Source: a virus (lineage: Duplodnaviria > Heunggongvirae > Uroviricota > Caudoviricetes). From it: a stretch of DNA of 64,000 nucleotides. The translations under genes were made by a program, and so were the position numbers. The DNA is taken from IMG/VR virus record IMGVR_UViG_3300037313_001331; one strand, given 5' to 3'. The stretch's first letter is position 1, and each line of letters opens with the position of its first letter. This document shows, in pieces, positions 1 through 9,346 of the stretch. Below the pieces are notes generated by a model. It was given only the letters and a program-made list of their open reading frames with translations. It did no database searches and was not told the DNA's origin.

Positions 1-33
1 ATTCGCAAGCCATCCCAGGCAATCACGGTCATG

Positions 34-756
34 TCAGGCTCCCTTCAACAGCAGGTCGTTGATCTCGTCGCGCGTCATCGCGCGCTCGGCCGCCAGCTGG
101 GCGGCGTTCTCGAACACCTCGGTGCGCAACTTCTCGCGGAAGCGCTTCTCGATGACCAGGTCGGGGCACAGGTCCTCGACCATGTCGGTGTGCGTGGTGG
201 CCACCAGGACGGTCGCGCCAGCCCGGCGGGCGGTCTTCTGAAGCGAGAACGCGATCACCTTGGCCGCGGTGCGATCAAGCACAGCGAGGAACTCGTCGGC
301 GACCCACACCTGGGCGCCGCTCTCGATGGCCTTGGCCAGGCGGAAGCGGTAGCGCTGGCCGTCGGACAGCTCGCCTGGCTTGCGCACGTACAGGTAGGCG
401 TCGTTGATGCCGGCCGCGCCCAGCAGCTGGATGGCGTGGTTCGTGTCGGTGCCGATCTGGTCGATCAACGGCTTGTTGGGATCGAGCGCGATTTGGTCGA
501 GGTTCACCACCGACCGGCCGCGGCCGGCCATCTGCGCGGCCAGCTCGCGCAGGAGCACGGACTTGCCGCCGCCCGACTGCCCGGTGATGTAGACGATGTC
601 GCCATCGCGGATCTGCAGCTCCAGGTTGTCGAAGACGACGAATTCCTTGTCCTCCAGCCCGATGCCGAAGGCCTCCGCGATGTCCAGCACACGCGGCGAA
701 CGCTCCACCCGCGTGGTGAAGCGCTTGTCGATCACGTAGGGTTCAGCGCCAGACAT
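34..756 (-). CDS. ABC-type ATPase (nucleotide-binding domain only)
   Basis: Walker A GQSGGGKS, ABC signature LSDGQ, Walker B VWVADE; start taken at internal ATG 756 preceded by GGGAGGA. Confidence 0.75.
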   Translation of the reverse strand: MSGAEPYVIDKRFTTRVERSPRVLDIAEAFGIGLEDKEFVVFDNLELQIRDGDIVYITGQSGGGKSVLLRELAAQMAGRGRSVVNLDQIALDPNKPLIDQIGTDTNHAIQLLGAAGINDAYLYVRKPGELSDGQRYRFRLAKAIESGAQVWVADEFLAVLDRTAAKVIAFSLQKTARRAGATVLVATTHTDMVEDLCPDLVIEKRFREKLRTEVFENAAQLAAERAMTRDEINDLLLKGA

Positions 757-915
757 CGGGGTCCTCCCAGATGCGGATGGCATCGGTGCAGGTGATCTCG
801 CTCATGGCCGTCGTGGGCATCTCCCGGGACGCCTTCGAGACCACGCGGATGAACGCCCAGCGCACGACCATGCGGGGCAGCAGGCGGGCGATCCGCCATG
901 CGAATTTCTCTTTGC

Positions 916-1296
916 TCACTGAAGAGCCTCCTTCTTGACCCGACGCAGGGTCTTGTTGATCCAGTTCAGGACGCGGGGATTGCGCATCCACATCTCGACC
1001 TGGCCGTAGGTGTGCTGGGTGGTGAACGTCTCCTCGTCGGAGTCGTCCGTGACATCGCGCGCCCAGTTGATGCAGTGGGTCAGCTCGTGCACGGCGGTGT
1101 TCAGGGCGGTCTGCAGGTCGAGCCCGCTGGACAAGAACACCTTGTTCTCGCCCGTGTAGGTCATGCCGTCACAACCGCCCAGCTTCTCGTGGTCGGGTGC
1201 GACCACGAAGATGCGGAAGGTGTACTGGCCGATCTGCACGCGCCGCGGCAGGCCCTTGTAGAAGTCAGGCGCGTTCTGGATTTCGTTCGTCAGCAC
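916..1296 (-). CDS. HExxH zinc-metallopeptidase-like protein
   Basis: HELTHC motif; GTG start lies inside a class A box GTCAGCACTGAC with SD GGGAGTGGG just upstream. Confidence 0.55.
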   Translation of the reverse strand: MLTNEIQNAPDFYKGLPRRVQIGQYTFRIFVVAPDHEKLGGCDGMTYTGENKVFLSSGLDLQTALNTAVHELTHCINWARDVTDDSDEETFTTQHTYGQVEMWMRNPRVLNWINKTLRRVKKEALQ

Positions 1297-1297
1297 T
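1286..1297. promoter_or_regulatory. class A box GTCA-N4-TGAC
   Basis: GTCAGCACTGAC containing the GTG start of gene 916..1296; operon-internal. Confidence 0.5.
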
Positions 1298-1310
1298 GAC
1301 CCACTCCCGG

Positions 1311-1946
1311 CTACAACGTGGCGGCGAATGCGACCAGGGCCTCGTCGTTCTTCAGGCCGGTGGCAGCTTCGGCTTTCGCCATGAGGTTGGTGATTGCGAT
1401 CTGGCCGGCGGCCGAGATGTCCTTGAACCCGAAGGCCCGGGCCAGCGACACCTTCGACGCGGCGGCGGTCTCGATGCGGGTCTCGATGTCGGCCCGCTGC
1501 TCGGCGACCACCTTGTCCATGTCGTCGACGAATGCGCCCGGGTTGATGGCCCCCAGGTCGGCGTCGAGGAACTCCAGCTCCTTCGCGTCGAAGATGCCGG
1601 TGAGGTCCATGTCGATAGCCGCCAGCTCCGCCTTCAGCATCTCGGGGTCGATGTCGGAGATCGCCACGCGGTTGTCGGCGACCCGGGCGGCCTTGACCTG
1701 GTCGTCGCTCAGGTCGTCGCGCACCAGCACCGGCACCTTGTCCAGGCCCAGCTCGATGGCGGCCAGGCGCCGGCCGTGCCCCTTGATGATGATGCCGTGC
1801 TTGTCCACGACGATGGGCACGTCCCAGCCGAAGCGCTTGATCGACTCGACGATCTTCTTGACCTGGTCCTTCTCGTGCTTCTTGGAGTTCAGCTCGTATG
1901 GGATCAGGTCCTTGACCGGACGCATTTCCAGCTTCGGGGTCTTCAT
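1311..1946 (-). CDS. ParB-like nuclease domain protein
   Basis: ParB N-terminal-like block KDLIPYELNSKKH...GHGRRLAAIELG; start at MKTPK with RBS. Confidence 0.7.
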   Translation of the reverse strand: MKTPKLEMRPVKDLIPYELNSKKHEKDQVKKIVESIKRFGWDVPIVVDKHGIIIKGHGRRLAAIELGLDKVPVLVRDDLSDDQVKAARVADNRVAISDIDPEMLKAELAAIDMDLTGIFDAKELEFLDADLGAINPGAFVDDMDKVVAEQRADIETRIETAAASKVSLARAFGFKDISAAGQIAITNLMAKAEAATGLKNDEALVAFAATL

Positions 1947-2323
1947 GCGTCGGCCCTCCCGTTCAGCGTTGCGCAAGCGAAGCACTCGTAGCGGGCACGG
2001 CCGAGAAACACGCTGCCGCAGCGGTTGCAGTTGAGCGTGTCCTTGCGCCCTTCCTTCACGTCCGATGGCCAGTCGCGCGGTGTCAGCGTCGGTTCTGCCG
2101 GGGTCTTCTCGACCTCGAACAGCGCGACGCCCCCCGGGAAGTCGGGATCGGGTGCGATCACGAACTCGGCCGGCTTCCCGTCACGCGGGTTGAGCACGGA
2201 CAGGTAGATCTCGCCCTTGTCGTTGCCGCCGAACGCTGTGATCTTGGCGCCTACCAGGCGCCAGATGACGTGGTCACCGTAGTCGGCTTCTGCCTGCTCG
2301 GCCGGGTTCAGTGCGTCGCTCAT
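1943..2323 (-). CDS. hypothetical protein with C-terminal Cys zinc-ribbon-like motif
   Basis: ORF with CNRCG...CFAC; ATGA overlap with downstream gene. Confidence 0.5.
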   Translation of the reverse strand: MSDALNPAEQAEADYGDHVIWRLVGAKITAFGGNDKGEIYLSVLNPRDGKPAEFVIAPDPDFPGGVALFEVEKTPAEPTLTPRDWPSDVKEGRKDTLNCNRCGSVFLGRARYECFACATLNGRADA

Positions 2324-2326
2324 GAC

Positions 2327-2551
2327 TCAGAAGAAGGTGGGTTTGGCCACGGCGCGGGTCAGCGCCATCAGACCGGTCTGGAAGTCGGTGGCGCCGATGG
2401 ACACCCAGCGCTGATCGAGGTTCGGCGTGGCACGCAGCCGCTCGATGAGCGCGCCCAGCTCGGCTCCCTTGGCCTTGATCTCGTTCATCAGGTCGATCTC
2501 GACCTGGTCCAGCTCGCGGTAGCCCGCGATCTTTCGGTGTTGGTTGTCCAT
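2327..2551 (-). CDS. hypothetical protein (74 aa)
   Basis: start MDNQHRK overlaps stop of upstream gene (TGATG). Confidence 0.5.
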   Translation of the reverse strand: MDNQHRKIAGYRELDQVEIDLMNEIKAKGAELGALIERLRATPNLDQRWVSIGATDFQTGLMALTRAVAKPTFF

Positions 2552-2748
2552 CAGCTCTTTCCTCCTTGAATGCACGCGAGCACGACTCGCGGCGGTTGTT
2601 GTGTTTCTTGCTGCACGAGGTCGCCGACATCGCGCCGGGCGTCATCGATGCTGTAGCCCTCGTAGTCCTTCGGGAACTCGACGTAGTAGCTGGTCACCGA
2701 CCCGTCGGCACGACGCGCACCGATCAGTGCCCTCACGGTTTCGCTCAT
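2551..2748 (-). CDS. hypothetical protein (65 aa)
   Basis: MSETVRAL start at ATG 2748 overlapping stop of upstream small ORF (ATGA). Confidence 0.5.
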   Translation of the reverse strand: MSETVRALIGARRADGSVTSYYVEFPKDYEGYSIDDARRDVGDLVQQETQQPPRVVLACIQGGKS

Positions 2749-2912
2749 TGGGGCACCTCGATCAATTCGTTGCGCACGCGCATGAACCCGTCTTCGCCGA
2801 TCTCGATGAGCGATTCGTCCAGCTCGTAGCCGTCGGCGTTGTCGCAGTCCCCGCACACCACCGGGTCCTCGCGGTGGAGGCAGCTGTTGCAGCTCGGGAA
2901 CTTGTCGCTCAC
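2745..2912 (-). CDS. small Cys-rich zinc-ribbon-like protein (55 aa)
   Basis: manually translated: GTG start after GAGG SD, CNSC...CGDC, ends in ATGA overlap; below ORF-track cutoff. Confidence 0.4.
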   Translation of the reverse strand: MSDKFPSCNSCLHREDPVVCGDCDNADGYELDESLIEIGEDGFMRVRNELIEVPQ

Positions 2913-3580
2913 ATCACCTCCCGGGCGGCGCTCACAATGGCCACCAGCGCCATGCCGGCTGCGACCATCGAGTCCTCTTCGGCCTTGAAGCCGTTGGTCT
3001 TCACCACGTGGGAGATGAAGGCCTCGACGCGCGCCTGGTCCTCGACGGGCACCTTGAAGCGCATCAGGGCGTGGGTGATGGTTGGGCGCTCGGGCTTTTC
3101 CAGCGTGGGGATGGTTTCCTCGCCCTTCTCTTCGTCATCGAGGCCCAGCATGTCGAGGTCGATGCTGTCGGCCGCGAAGATGCCGGCCAAGTCCTGCTCG
3201 GTGTAGGGCAGGAACTTGGTCACGTCCTCCCCACCCAGGTCCTTCAGGATCTCGCCCAGCTTCAGCGCGTCGTCCTCGCCATACCGGCCGTTGTCGGCCA
3301 GGCCGATGGCCTTGGCTTGGCTGTCAGGGATGTGGCCCAGGTTGACGTAGGGCACCTCAGCAATGCCCATGCGCTGGGCGGCCCGGGTGCGGTGCTCGCC
3401 GCCGAGGATCTGCAGCGACCCATCGGGCAGCTCGCGCACAACAATGGGCTTGTAGAAGCCCATGCGCCGAATGCTCTCTTCGAGTCGGGCCTCCATTTCA
3501 GGACCCACCACGTTGCTGTTCCAAGGGTTGGGAAGCAACGTCGCGGGCGCTGCGTATCGAATCTCGATGCGGCTTGTCAT
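2909..3580 (-). CDS. ParB/Srx-like nuclease domain protein (second copy)
   Basis: LLPNPWNSN...ILGGEHRTRAAQRMG ParB-like N-terminal motifs. Confidence 0.65.
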   Translation of the reverse strand: MTSRIEIRYAAPATLLPNPWNSNVVGPEMEARLEESIRRMGFYKPIVVRELPDGSLQILGGEHRTRAAQRMGIAEVPYVNLGHIPDSQAKAIGLADNGRYGEDDALKLGEILKDLGGEDVTKFLPYTEQDLAGIFAADSIDLDMLGLDDEEKGEETIPTLEKPERPTITHALMRFKVPVEDQARVEAFISHVVKTNGFKAEEDSMVAAGMALVAIVSAAREVM

Positions 3581-3604
3581 TGGTCTAGGTATAAGGGATA
3601 CTCA

Positions 3605-3616
3605 GTCAGTGCTGAC
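3605..3616. promoter_or_regulatory. class A box
   Basis: GTCAGTGCTGAC after GGTATAAGGG in the divergent promoter region for the helicase. Confidence 0.5.
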
Positions 3617-3658
3617 TGATTAAATGTATAAGCAAACTGCGCCGATTGGCAAGCCTCA

Positions 3659-5383
3659 ATGATTCGGATCGCTCACAACGCAACAACCGCCAAGCTCTTC
3701 GACGCTGATCGCGACGCGAAGCTCGAAGTCCACCGGCTGCTGAGCTACCGCGTTGAGGGCTCCGAACACATGGCCGCCTTCAAGAGCGGTGGATGGAACG
3801 GCCGCGCGTCGTTCTTCGACTTCGCCAAGGGCACCTTCCCCACCGGCTTCGTCCGCCTGGTCGCGCAAGGGCTGCGCAAGAAGGGCTACGACATCCAGAT
3901 CGTCGCCAAGCCGCGGCCGGAGCCCCTGGGCCCGGAGAGGCCCGTTGTGGATCCCTTCGGCTACACGGAGCGCTACGACTACCAGCCCGCTGCCGTGGAC
4001 CAACTGGTGCGGCACGGCAACATCACCGTTCAGGTGGCCACCGGCGGCGGCAAGTCGCGCATCGCGCGCATGGCCTACAAGCGGATCGACCGCCCCACCC
4101 TCTTCCTCACCACGCGCGGCGTGCTGCTCCACCAGATGAAGGAGGCGGTCGAGGGCATGGGCGAAGAGGTCGCCGTGCTCGGCGACGGTGATTGGGGCAT
4201 CCCGTACACCCGGCCCGACGGAAAACAGGGCCGCCGCATCACGAAATTCGTCGTTGGCATGGTCCAGACGCTGGCTCAGCGCTTGGAGATCATCTCCGTC
4301 GACGGCGAACTCGAAGCCTTGACCGCCAGGCGCGACGCCGCCGAGTCAAAAGCGGTCGCCAAGCTGAAGGAAGACCTGAAGCAGCAAGGAATCACCGATT
4401 CCGAGGTCGTGCGCACGCGCTGCATCGCCCTTCTCGAAGGAATCACCTCGAAGTACCCCTCCAAAGAGCAGGATCGAGCGGAAATCACCGCCAAGGTCGC
4501 TCGGCACGAGCGGCTGCGGCTGGCCACCATCGAAATCCTCGCCCGTTTCGAGCTGGTGATCGCGGAAGAAGCTCACGAGGTGTCTGGCAACTCGTTCTAC
4601 GCGGTGATGAGTGCTTGCCGCAACGCGCACTACCGCATGGCGCTCACCGCCACGCCCTTCATGAAGGACGATGAAGAGGCGAACATGAAGCTGCTCGCGT
4701 GCTGCGGGCCGGTGGCGATCCGGATCACCGAGAAGATGCTGATCGACCGCGGCATCCTGGCGCGGCCGTACTTCAAGTTCCTGAAGCTGGACCCGTCGAA
4801 GAAGCCCAAGGGCATCTTCCGCACAACGGGCTGGCCGCGTGCCTATGAGCTTGGCATCGTGAAGAACGAATACCGCAACAAGCTCTTCTGCGTGGAGATG
4901 CTGCGTGGCATCAAGTACGGGCTGAACGGAATGATCCTGGTGACGCACAAGGCGCACGGGAAGATCTTCCTCGACATGCTGCGCAAGGCGGGCGCCCGGG
5001 CCGAGTTCATCTGGGGCGAGGACGACCAGGCCGGCCGGAAGGCGGCACTGCGCCGGCTCGGCAACGGCGAGATCGACGTGCTCATTGGGACCTCGATCAT
5101 GGACGTGGGCGTGGACGTGCCCAGTCTGGGCATCGTCGCGCTCGCCGGCGGCGGCAAGGCTGAGGTGGCAACGCGGCAGCGCATCGGCCGCGGGCTGCGC
5201 GAGAAGAAGGGCAAGCTGCCGAACGTCGCCTTCATCGTCGACGCGGCCGACAGCGACAACACGCACCTGGCGCGGCACGCGCGTGAGCGCCGGGCGATCA
5301 TCGAGGGAACGCCGGGCTTCGCCGAGGGCATCGTCGACGACTTCGACTACGTCGGCCTCGGGCTGGAGCGTCTGGCAGCGTGA
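3659..5383 (+). CDS. SF2 DEAD/DEAH-box helicase
   Basis: Walker A VATGGGKS, DEAH-like AEEAHE, TATP motif III, helicase-C motifs GTSIMDVGVDV and RQRIGRGLR. Confidence 0.85.
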   Translation: MIRIAHNATTAKLFDADRDAKLEVHRLLSYRVEGSEHMAAFKSGGWNGRASFFDFAKGTFPTGFVRLVAQGLRKKGYDIQIVAKPRPEPLGPERPVVDPFGYTERYDYQPAAVDQLVRHGNITVQVATGGGKSRIARMAYKRIDRPTLFLTTRGVLLHQMKEAVEGMGEEVAVLGDGDWGIPYTRPDGKQGRRITKFVVGMVQTLAQRLEIISVDGELEALTARRDAAESKAVAKLKEDLKQQGITDSEVVRTRCIALLEGITSKYPSKEQDRAEITAKVARHERLRLATIEILARFELVIAEEAHEVSGNSFYAVMSACRNAHYRMALTATPFMKDDEEANMKLLACCGPVAIRITEKMLIDRGILARPYFKFLKLDPSKKPKGIFRTTGWPRAYELGIVKNEYRNKLFCVEMLRGIKYGLNGMILVTHKAHGKIFLDMLRKAGARAEFIWGEDDQAGRKAALRRLGNGEIDVLIGTSIMDVGVDVPSLGIVALAGGGKAEVATRQRIGRGLREKKGKLPNVAFIVDAADSDNTHLARHARERRAIIEGTPGFAEGIVDDFDYVGLGLERLAA

Positions 5384-5414
5384 TTTCTTGACGCCGTGGG
5401 CGGCATCCGCCACA

Positions 5415-5426
5415 GTCAGTAGTGAC
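5415..5426. promoter_or_regulatory. class A box
   Basis: GTCAGTAGTGAC 19 nt before ATG 5445. Confidence 0.5.
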
Positions 5427-5444
5427 TAACAACAGGACCCGCCT

Positions 5445-5657
5445 ATGCAGCCGATCCACTATTCGCTCATTCTCAACGCCCTGATCATCGTCGCCGGCAC
5501 CTTCCTCGCCTACGTCTGGGCTCAGCCGCTGCTTCTGGTGGTGCTGGTTCTCGTCGCAAACCACGCCGTCGCGCGCTTCACCGACCCGCCACCGCCGGAG
5601 CGCGAGCGCGGGATCGGCTTCATGGCCGACATGGGCTCGGACGACGAAGACGACTGA
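5445..5657 (+). CDS. small membrane protein
   Basis: hydrophobic core, acidic C-terminus; SD-like AGGACC before ATG; class A box upstream. Confidence 0.45.
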   Translation: MQPIHYSLILNALIIVAGTFLAYVWAQPLLLVVLVLVANHAVARFTDPPPPERERGIGFMADMGSDDEDD

Positions 5658-5738
5658 CTCAGCAGTCGCTTATTGCTAACTCAGCGGGTGCTGACTACCT
5701 ATAATGGGAGTCTCACCCGCTTAGTATTTGGAGACTGG

Positions 5739-6032
5739 ATGTCCGAACTGCACCGATCAAGCTATGCGATTCGCAAGGACCTACAGCCAGGCCTGGACAA
5801 GGCCATCACGACCATGGGGCTGCAGTCCATCGGCGAGCTGCTCAGCATGATCGCTCGCGACCCAGCGCGTGCCGCCATTGCGCTCAAGCCCTTGGCTGAC
5901 GCGCTGCAGGCCGACAAGGACGAGGCCAAGCGCTTGAAGCAGGCCCAGGCCGACGTGAAGAAGCTCGCACGCACCGCGGACCCGGAGGCCGTCGCGAAGG
6001 CACTGGCCATCTTGAACAAGGCGCAGAAGTGA
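5739..6032 (+). CDS. hypothetical protein
   Basis: ATG after GGAGA; CCTATAATG box and degenerate class A boxes upstream. Confidence 0.5.
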   Translation: MSELHRSSYAIRKDLQPGLDKAITTMGLQSIGELLSMIARDPARAAIALKPLADALQADKDEAKRLKQAQADVKKLARTADPEAVAKALAILNKAQK

Positions 6033-6706
6033 CCGACAAGGTGCTCACCGGCGGGGTGAAGTCGACGAGTTTCAAGAAGCTGCGTGATTCGGAGCTGTTG
6101 GTTCCTGAGCACGTGGCGAAGGACCTGGAGCGCCGGGTGATGAAGAGCCTTGTCGCAAGTCGTGACGCCTTCAGTCGTGAGTACCTGGCGACTTGGGAGC
6201 CCGAAGAGAAGAAGGAAGAAATGACAGGGATCTCGGCAGCGCCCTCGTGGGCCATCACCTCGTTGAAGTGGCTCAAAGAAAACGGCTACGGCAGCTACGT
6301 CAGCTCGGGCATCACGCCGGACGTGCGCCTGCTGGGCGCGTTGCGCCGGATGTGCTGGATGAAGCTCGACCGCGTCAGCGGCGAGGATCGAGACCCCGAG
6401 GAATACAGCGCCCTGCTGACCGAGTACGTGAGTCGGTGGGATGCGGCACGGCACAAGGAAATGCGTGCATTCTTGGAGAGCGGAGGCTACTCGACCGAGA
6501 AGCGTCTTCATGGGGTCTCTCCGGCGGAGCCCGGCAAGATCACACTGGACGGCGCCGAAGGCCATGTTTGGGTGGTCGAAAACGGCCCAGACGGAAAGAT
6601 CCCCGCGCGTCCAGAGCCGGCAGCGCCTGCGTCGGAGATCGATGACCTGGCCGCCGCGGTGTTGGCTGAAGCAAAGGCGCGTGATTCGCGTCACGGGAGC
6701 TGGTGA
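6029..6706 (+). CDS. hypothetical protein
   Basis: GTG start overlapping upstream stop (GTGA). Confidence 0.55.
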   Translation: MTDKVLTGGVKSTSFKKLRDSELLVPEHVAKDLERRVMKSLVASRDAFSREYLATWEPEEKKEEMTGISAAPSWAITSLKWLKENGYGSYVSSGITPDVRLLGALRRMCWMKLDRVSGEDRDPEEYSALLTEYVSRWDAARHKEMRAFLESGGYSTEKRLHGVSPAEPGKITLDGAEGHVWVVENGPDGKIPARPEPAAPASEIDDLAAAVLAEAKARDSRHGSW

Positions 6707-7485
6707 TGGCGCTGTTCGACGCGGAACGCTTCATCGGCGGCATTCTCGGGAAGACCGGGTTCGGCGACCGCGGCGAACCCCATCCCTTCGAGGGCAGAGT
6801 GCGAGCACCGGACATGCGCACCGACGGCCCGACGCCGATCTATTCGTACAGCGCGACCCCGGCGGTAGAGGCGGCACTGGCCGCACAGCGCGAAGAAGAG
6901 AAGAAGCGCATCGAGGAATACCAGCGCCGGCGTGAAGAGCAAGAGAAGCAGCAGAGGTCGGCACGGGTGGCCCGCTCGGTCACGATGCGCGAGGTTTTGG
7001 CCTGCTTCCCGAACCAGCTGGCCGACGCGGTGAAGCGTGCCAAGCTCAGTGCTGGAGCTGGCAGCTGGGAATCCGAACGGCGGGAGAACCCGGACTACTT
7101 GGCGGAGCAGATCTTCCACGCCAACTGGCGGCGTGACACCTTCAAGTACCACCAGGCCTACGCGGAATGGGTCGAGCGCAAGGTCAAGACCTGGACAACC
7201 AAAGATGGTGCCGAACTGTTGGCGCACATGGATGCCGTCTACCTCGGCACGCGGCCCGAGACGGAGTTCAATGCGTCGGTGCTGGAAGAAAGTGCGCGAG
7301 AGCTGCGCGAGGCGCGGGCCAAAGAGGACGAGGAGAAGGAACGCCGCCGGGCGGAAGAGCAACGACTGCGCAAGCAAGCGGAGGTCGAGCGCGAAGAGCG
7401 GCGGATCGAGGCCGAGCAGGCTGCCTTTGCGCAGGAGATCGCCGAGCTGGACCGCCTGCGTCAACCCGGTCGAGGTGTGTGGTGA
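6703..7485 (+). CDS. hypothetical charged coiled-coil protein
   Basis: long ORF with E/R/K-rich segments; start overlaps upstream stop. Confidence 0.55.
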   Translation: MMALFDAERFIGGILGKTGFGDRGEPHPFEGRVRAPDMRTDGPTPIYSYSATPAVEAALAAQREEEKKRIEEYQRRREEQEKQQRSARVARSVTMREVLACFPNQLADAVKRAKLSAGAGSWESERRENPDYLAEQIFHANWRRDTFKYHQAYAEWVERKVKTWTTKDGAELLAHMDAVYLGTRPETEFNASVLEESARELREARAKEDEEKERRRAEEQRLRKQAEVEREERRIEAEQAAFAQEIAELDRLRQPGRGVW

Positions 7486-8123
7486 GCGGTGGCTGGCACG
7501 AGGGCGGCATCGTGTCGGATGACGTGGCCGACGGAATGGCCTATGCCTGGGGCGTCGGGAAAGACCCCTGGAGGCTCAAAGTCGCTGAGGGCGCGGGAGA
7601 GCCTTTCGTTCGCAGTCTTGGCGACAAGGTGGGTTCGGGAGAAGCGGTCGTTGACACCGAATACCGGGTGTTCACTTCGGGGCGACGCGCCGGCAAGACA
7701 GTGCGATGGTCGGCTGGTGCTCCAATTCACGTCACCGTGAAGGTCGATGAAGCCATCGCGGAAATGGATGCGGCGAAGAAGTCGCTGAAGGCTTTTGTCG
7801 ACGCAGAGCTGCGCAGACGAATGCTCGATGCTGTGAGAGAAACGGTCGGGGTCTTCGATGAATTGCCCTGGCCTGCGCGACGGGGCTATGGTGCCGGCGC
7901 GAAGCCGATGCTGGCGCGGGACTTGGCCACCACCGAGGTCGACATGCGCGGCATGATGGTGGTGAACTCAGACCGCAGGGAGTGGGCGGAGAGAAGCGCC
8001 ACAGACGATCTGAGCAGACGAGCATCACATCGGGCTGCGGCACGCGTGAAGCCCAGCCCGATGCTCGCGAAGTTACTCGACCGACACGAACTGATCAACG
8101 ACGACAAGCGGGGTACGTGGTGA
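7482..8123 (+). CDS. hypothetical protein
   Basis: GTG start overlapping upstream TGA; same frame as ORF-track 7167..8123. Confidence 0.5.
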   Translation: MSGGWHEGGIVSDDVADGMAYAWGVGKDPWRLKVAEGAGEPFVRSLGDKVGSGEAVVDTEYRVFTSGRRAGKTVRWSAGAPIHVTVKVDEAIAEMDAAKKSLKAFVDAELRRRMLDAVRETVGVFDELPWPARRGYGAGAKPMLARDLATTEVDMRGMMVVNSDRREWAERSATDDLSRRASHRAAARVKPSPMLAKLLDRHELINDDKRGTW

Positions 8124-8491
8124 GCGACCCCGCTCTTTTTTGGCACAACAACAGGGACACACGAACGATGAAGCTCACGGACATTCAGGAGGGCAAGAAC
8201 TATGGCAACGACAAAGACCCGCAATGGGCGGGGTACTACCGCACGGTCTGGATGATCGTCGACACGCCCAACAAGCCCGGCGGGAAGACCGTCCTGTGGA
8301 AGGTGGGCGGCGAAGGGGCGGGGCAGCCGCCGACACCAGGCCGGTTGAAGTCGACCCACCACGCGGGGCAGACCTCGCTGAAGAACTTCGCGGTCTGGGC
8401 GACGCATGAGGTGGTGGTGAAACAGCGGGCACCGGCCAAGAAGGTGGCGGCGAAGAAAGCCCCTGCGAAGAAGGCGGTGGCCAAGAAGTGA
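8120..8491 (+). CDS. protein with Lys/Ala-rich histone H1-like C-terminal tail
   Basis: C-terminus KKVAAKKAPAKKAVAKK; GTG start overlapping upstream stop (ATG at 8168 is an alternative). Confidence 0.5.
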   Translation: MSDPALFWHNNRDTRTMKLTDIQEGKNYGNDKDPQWAGYYRTVWMIVDTPNKPGGKTVLWKVGGEGAGQPPTPGRLKSTHHAGQTSLKNFAVWATHEVVVKQRAPAKKVAAKKAPAKKAVAKK

Positions 8492-8609
8492 GAACTATGC
8501 CCGCCAAAGACTGAGGGCCGCGTGCGGGCATCAGCGGAAGTGGTTCAATCAGCGGATGCACACGGTGGACACGTGTGCCCGTGTATTTGCAGTTCGAGGG
8601 GAAGTAGCG

Positions 8610-8888
8610 ATGAAGAAGCCGAGCCTGTATGCGACGGCACTGGAGTGGGTGGAGTCAGATGCCTTCACTGCCGAGCAGCTGGAGCGCATCGCGGTGGCCG
8701 CGGTGAAGGGCCTCAGCAGGCGGGGTGCAAAGACCGCGCTCGCGCGGGCTGTGCACGACGTGAGCGCTGAGCTGGGGCGAACCATGGGTGAGCACCTGCA
8801 GGAGTTCCATGACAAGCGGGCACTGGGCATGAGCAACCCTCACGAGTGGGCGGAAGACCCCAAGATCAAGCGGATCAACAAGCCCTGA
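8610..8888 (+). CDS. hypothetical protein
   Basis: ATG after GAGGGGAAG. Confidence 0.5.
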   Translation: MKKPSLYATALEWVESDAFTAEQLERIAVAAVKGLSRRGAKTALARAVHDVSAELGRTMGEHLQEFHDKRALGMSNPHEWAEDPKIKRINKP

Positions 8889-9111
8889 TCTCGGCCCTAT
8901 AAGGTCGAGTGCCTGACACAAGGCCGCCAGGATTTTCGGGGTGGGTGCGCGGTGCCGGGTCGCTCCGGGAGTGGAGCTTCGTCTACGTATAAGGTCTTCG
9001 TGCCAGGCTGGACAAAAACGGCGGCAAGGGCCACCGAAGCCCGAGACACCCCATAGGGGGTGCAAGGTCTAGGGTTCTCCCCTAGACAGGGGCGGGGTCG
9101 TGTGCGTCAGG

Positions 9112-9307
9112 TCAGACCAGACCCCAGTCCGCAGGGATGCCCCAATCGAACGACTCGCATGCATCGGGGTGCTCATCGGTGCGTGACCGGTTGAACCGTT
9201 CAGCCCCCAGGGCAAGCCCCTCGCATGCATCGTGCTCGCTGCGGGTGTGCTCATGGGCAAGGGTGGGCGTGATACGGTGGGTCTGCTGGTGGTGTTGAGT
9301 GCGCATG
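9112..9307 (-). CDS. small His-rich protein (65 aa)
   Basis: ATG after GAGGT; class A box and 16-bp CACGTG palindrome upstream. Confidence 0.4.
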
Positions 9308-9334
9308 GTGGTACCTCGGCGGTGCGAATGGTGG

Positions 9335-9346
9335 GTCAGTGCTGAC
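9335..9346. promoter_or_regulatory. class A box
   Basis: GTCAGTGCTGAC next to palindrome GGGCACACGTGTGCCC (9357-9372). Confidence 0.5.

Noticed and set aside
31-795. Long plus-strand ORF antisense to the ABC ATPase, and many similar long Arg/Ala/Pro-rich ORFs on the opposite strand of real genes (for example 26402..27256, 11505..12239, 19071..19547, 56155..56826)
   Set aside because: Low-complexity composition, no SD sequences and complete overlap with better-supported genes. These are the spurious open frames expected in high-GC DNA.
8497-8535. Hairpin ATGCCCGC...GCGGGCAT after gene 8120..8491 as an intrinsic terminator
   Set aside because: The loop is 19 nt and no U-tract follows, so at best it is a weak structure.
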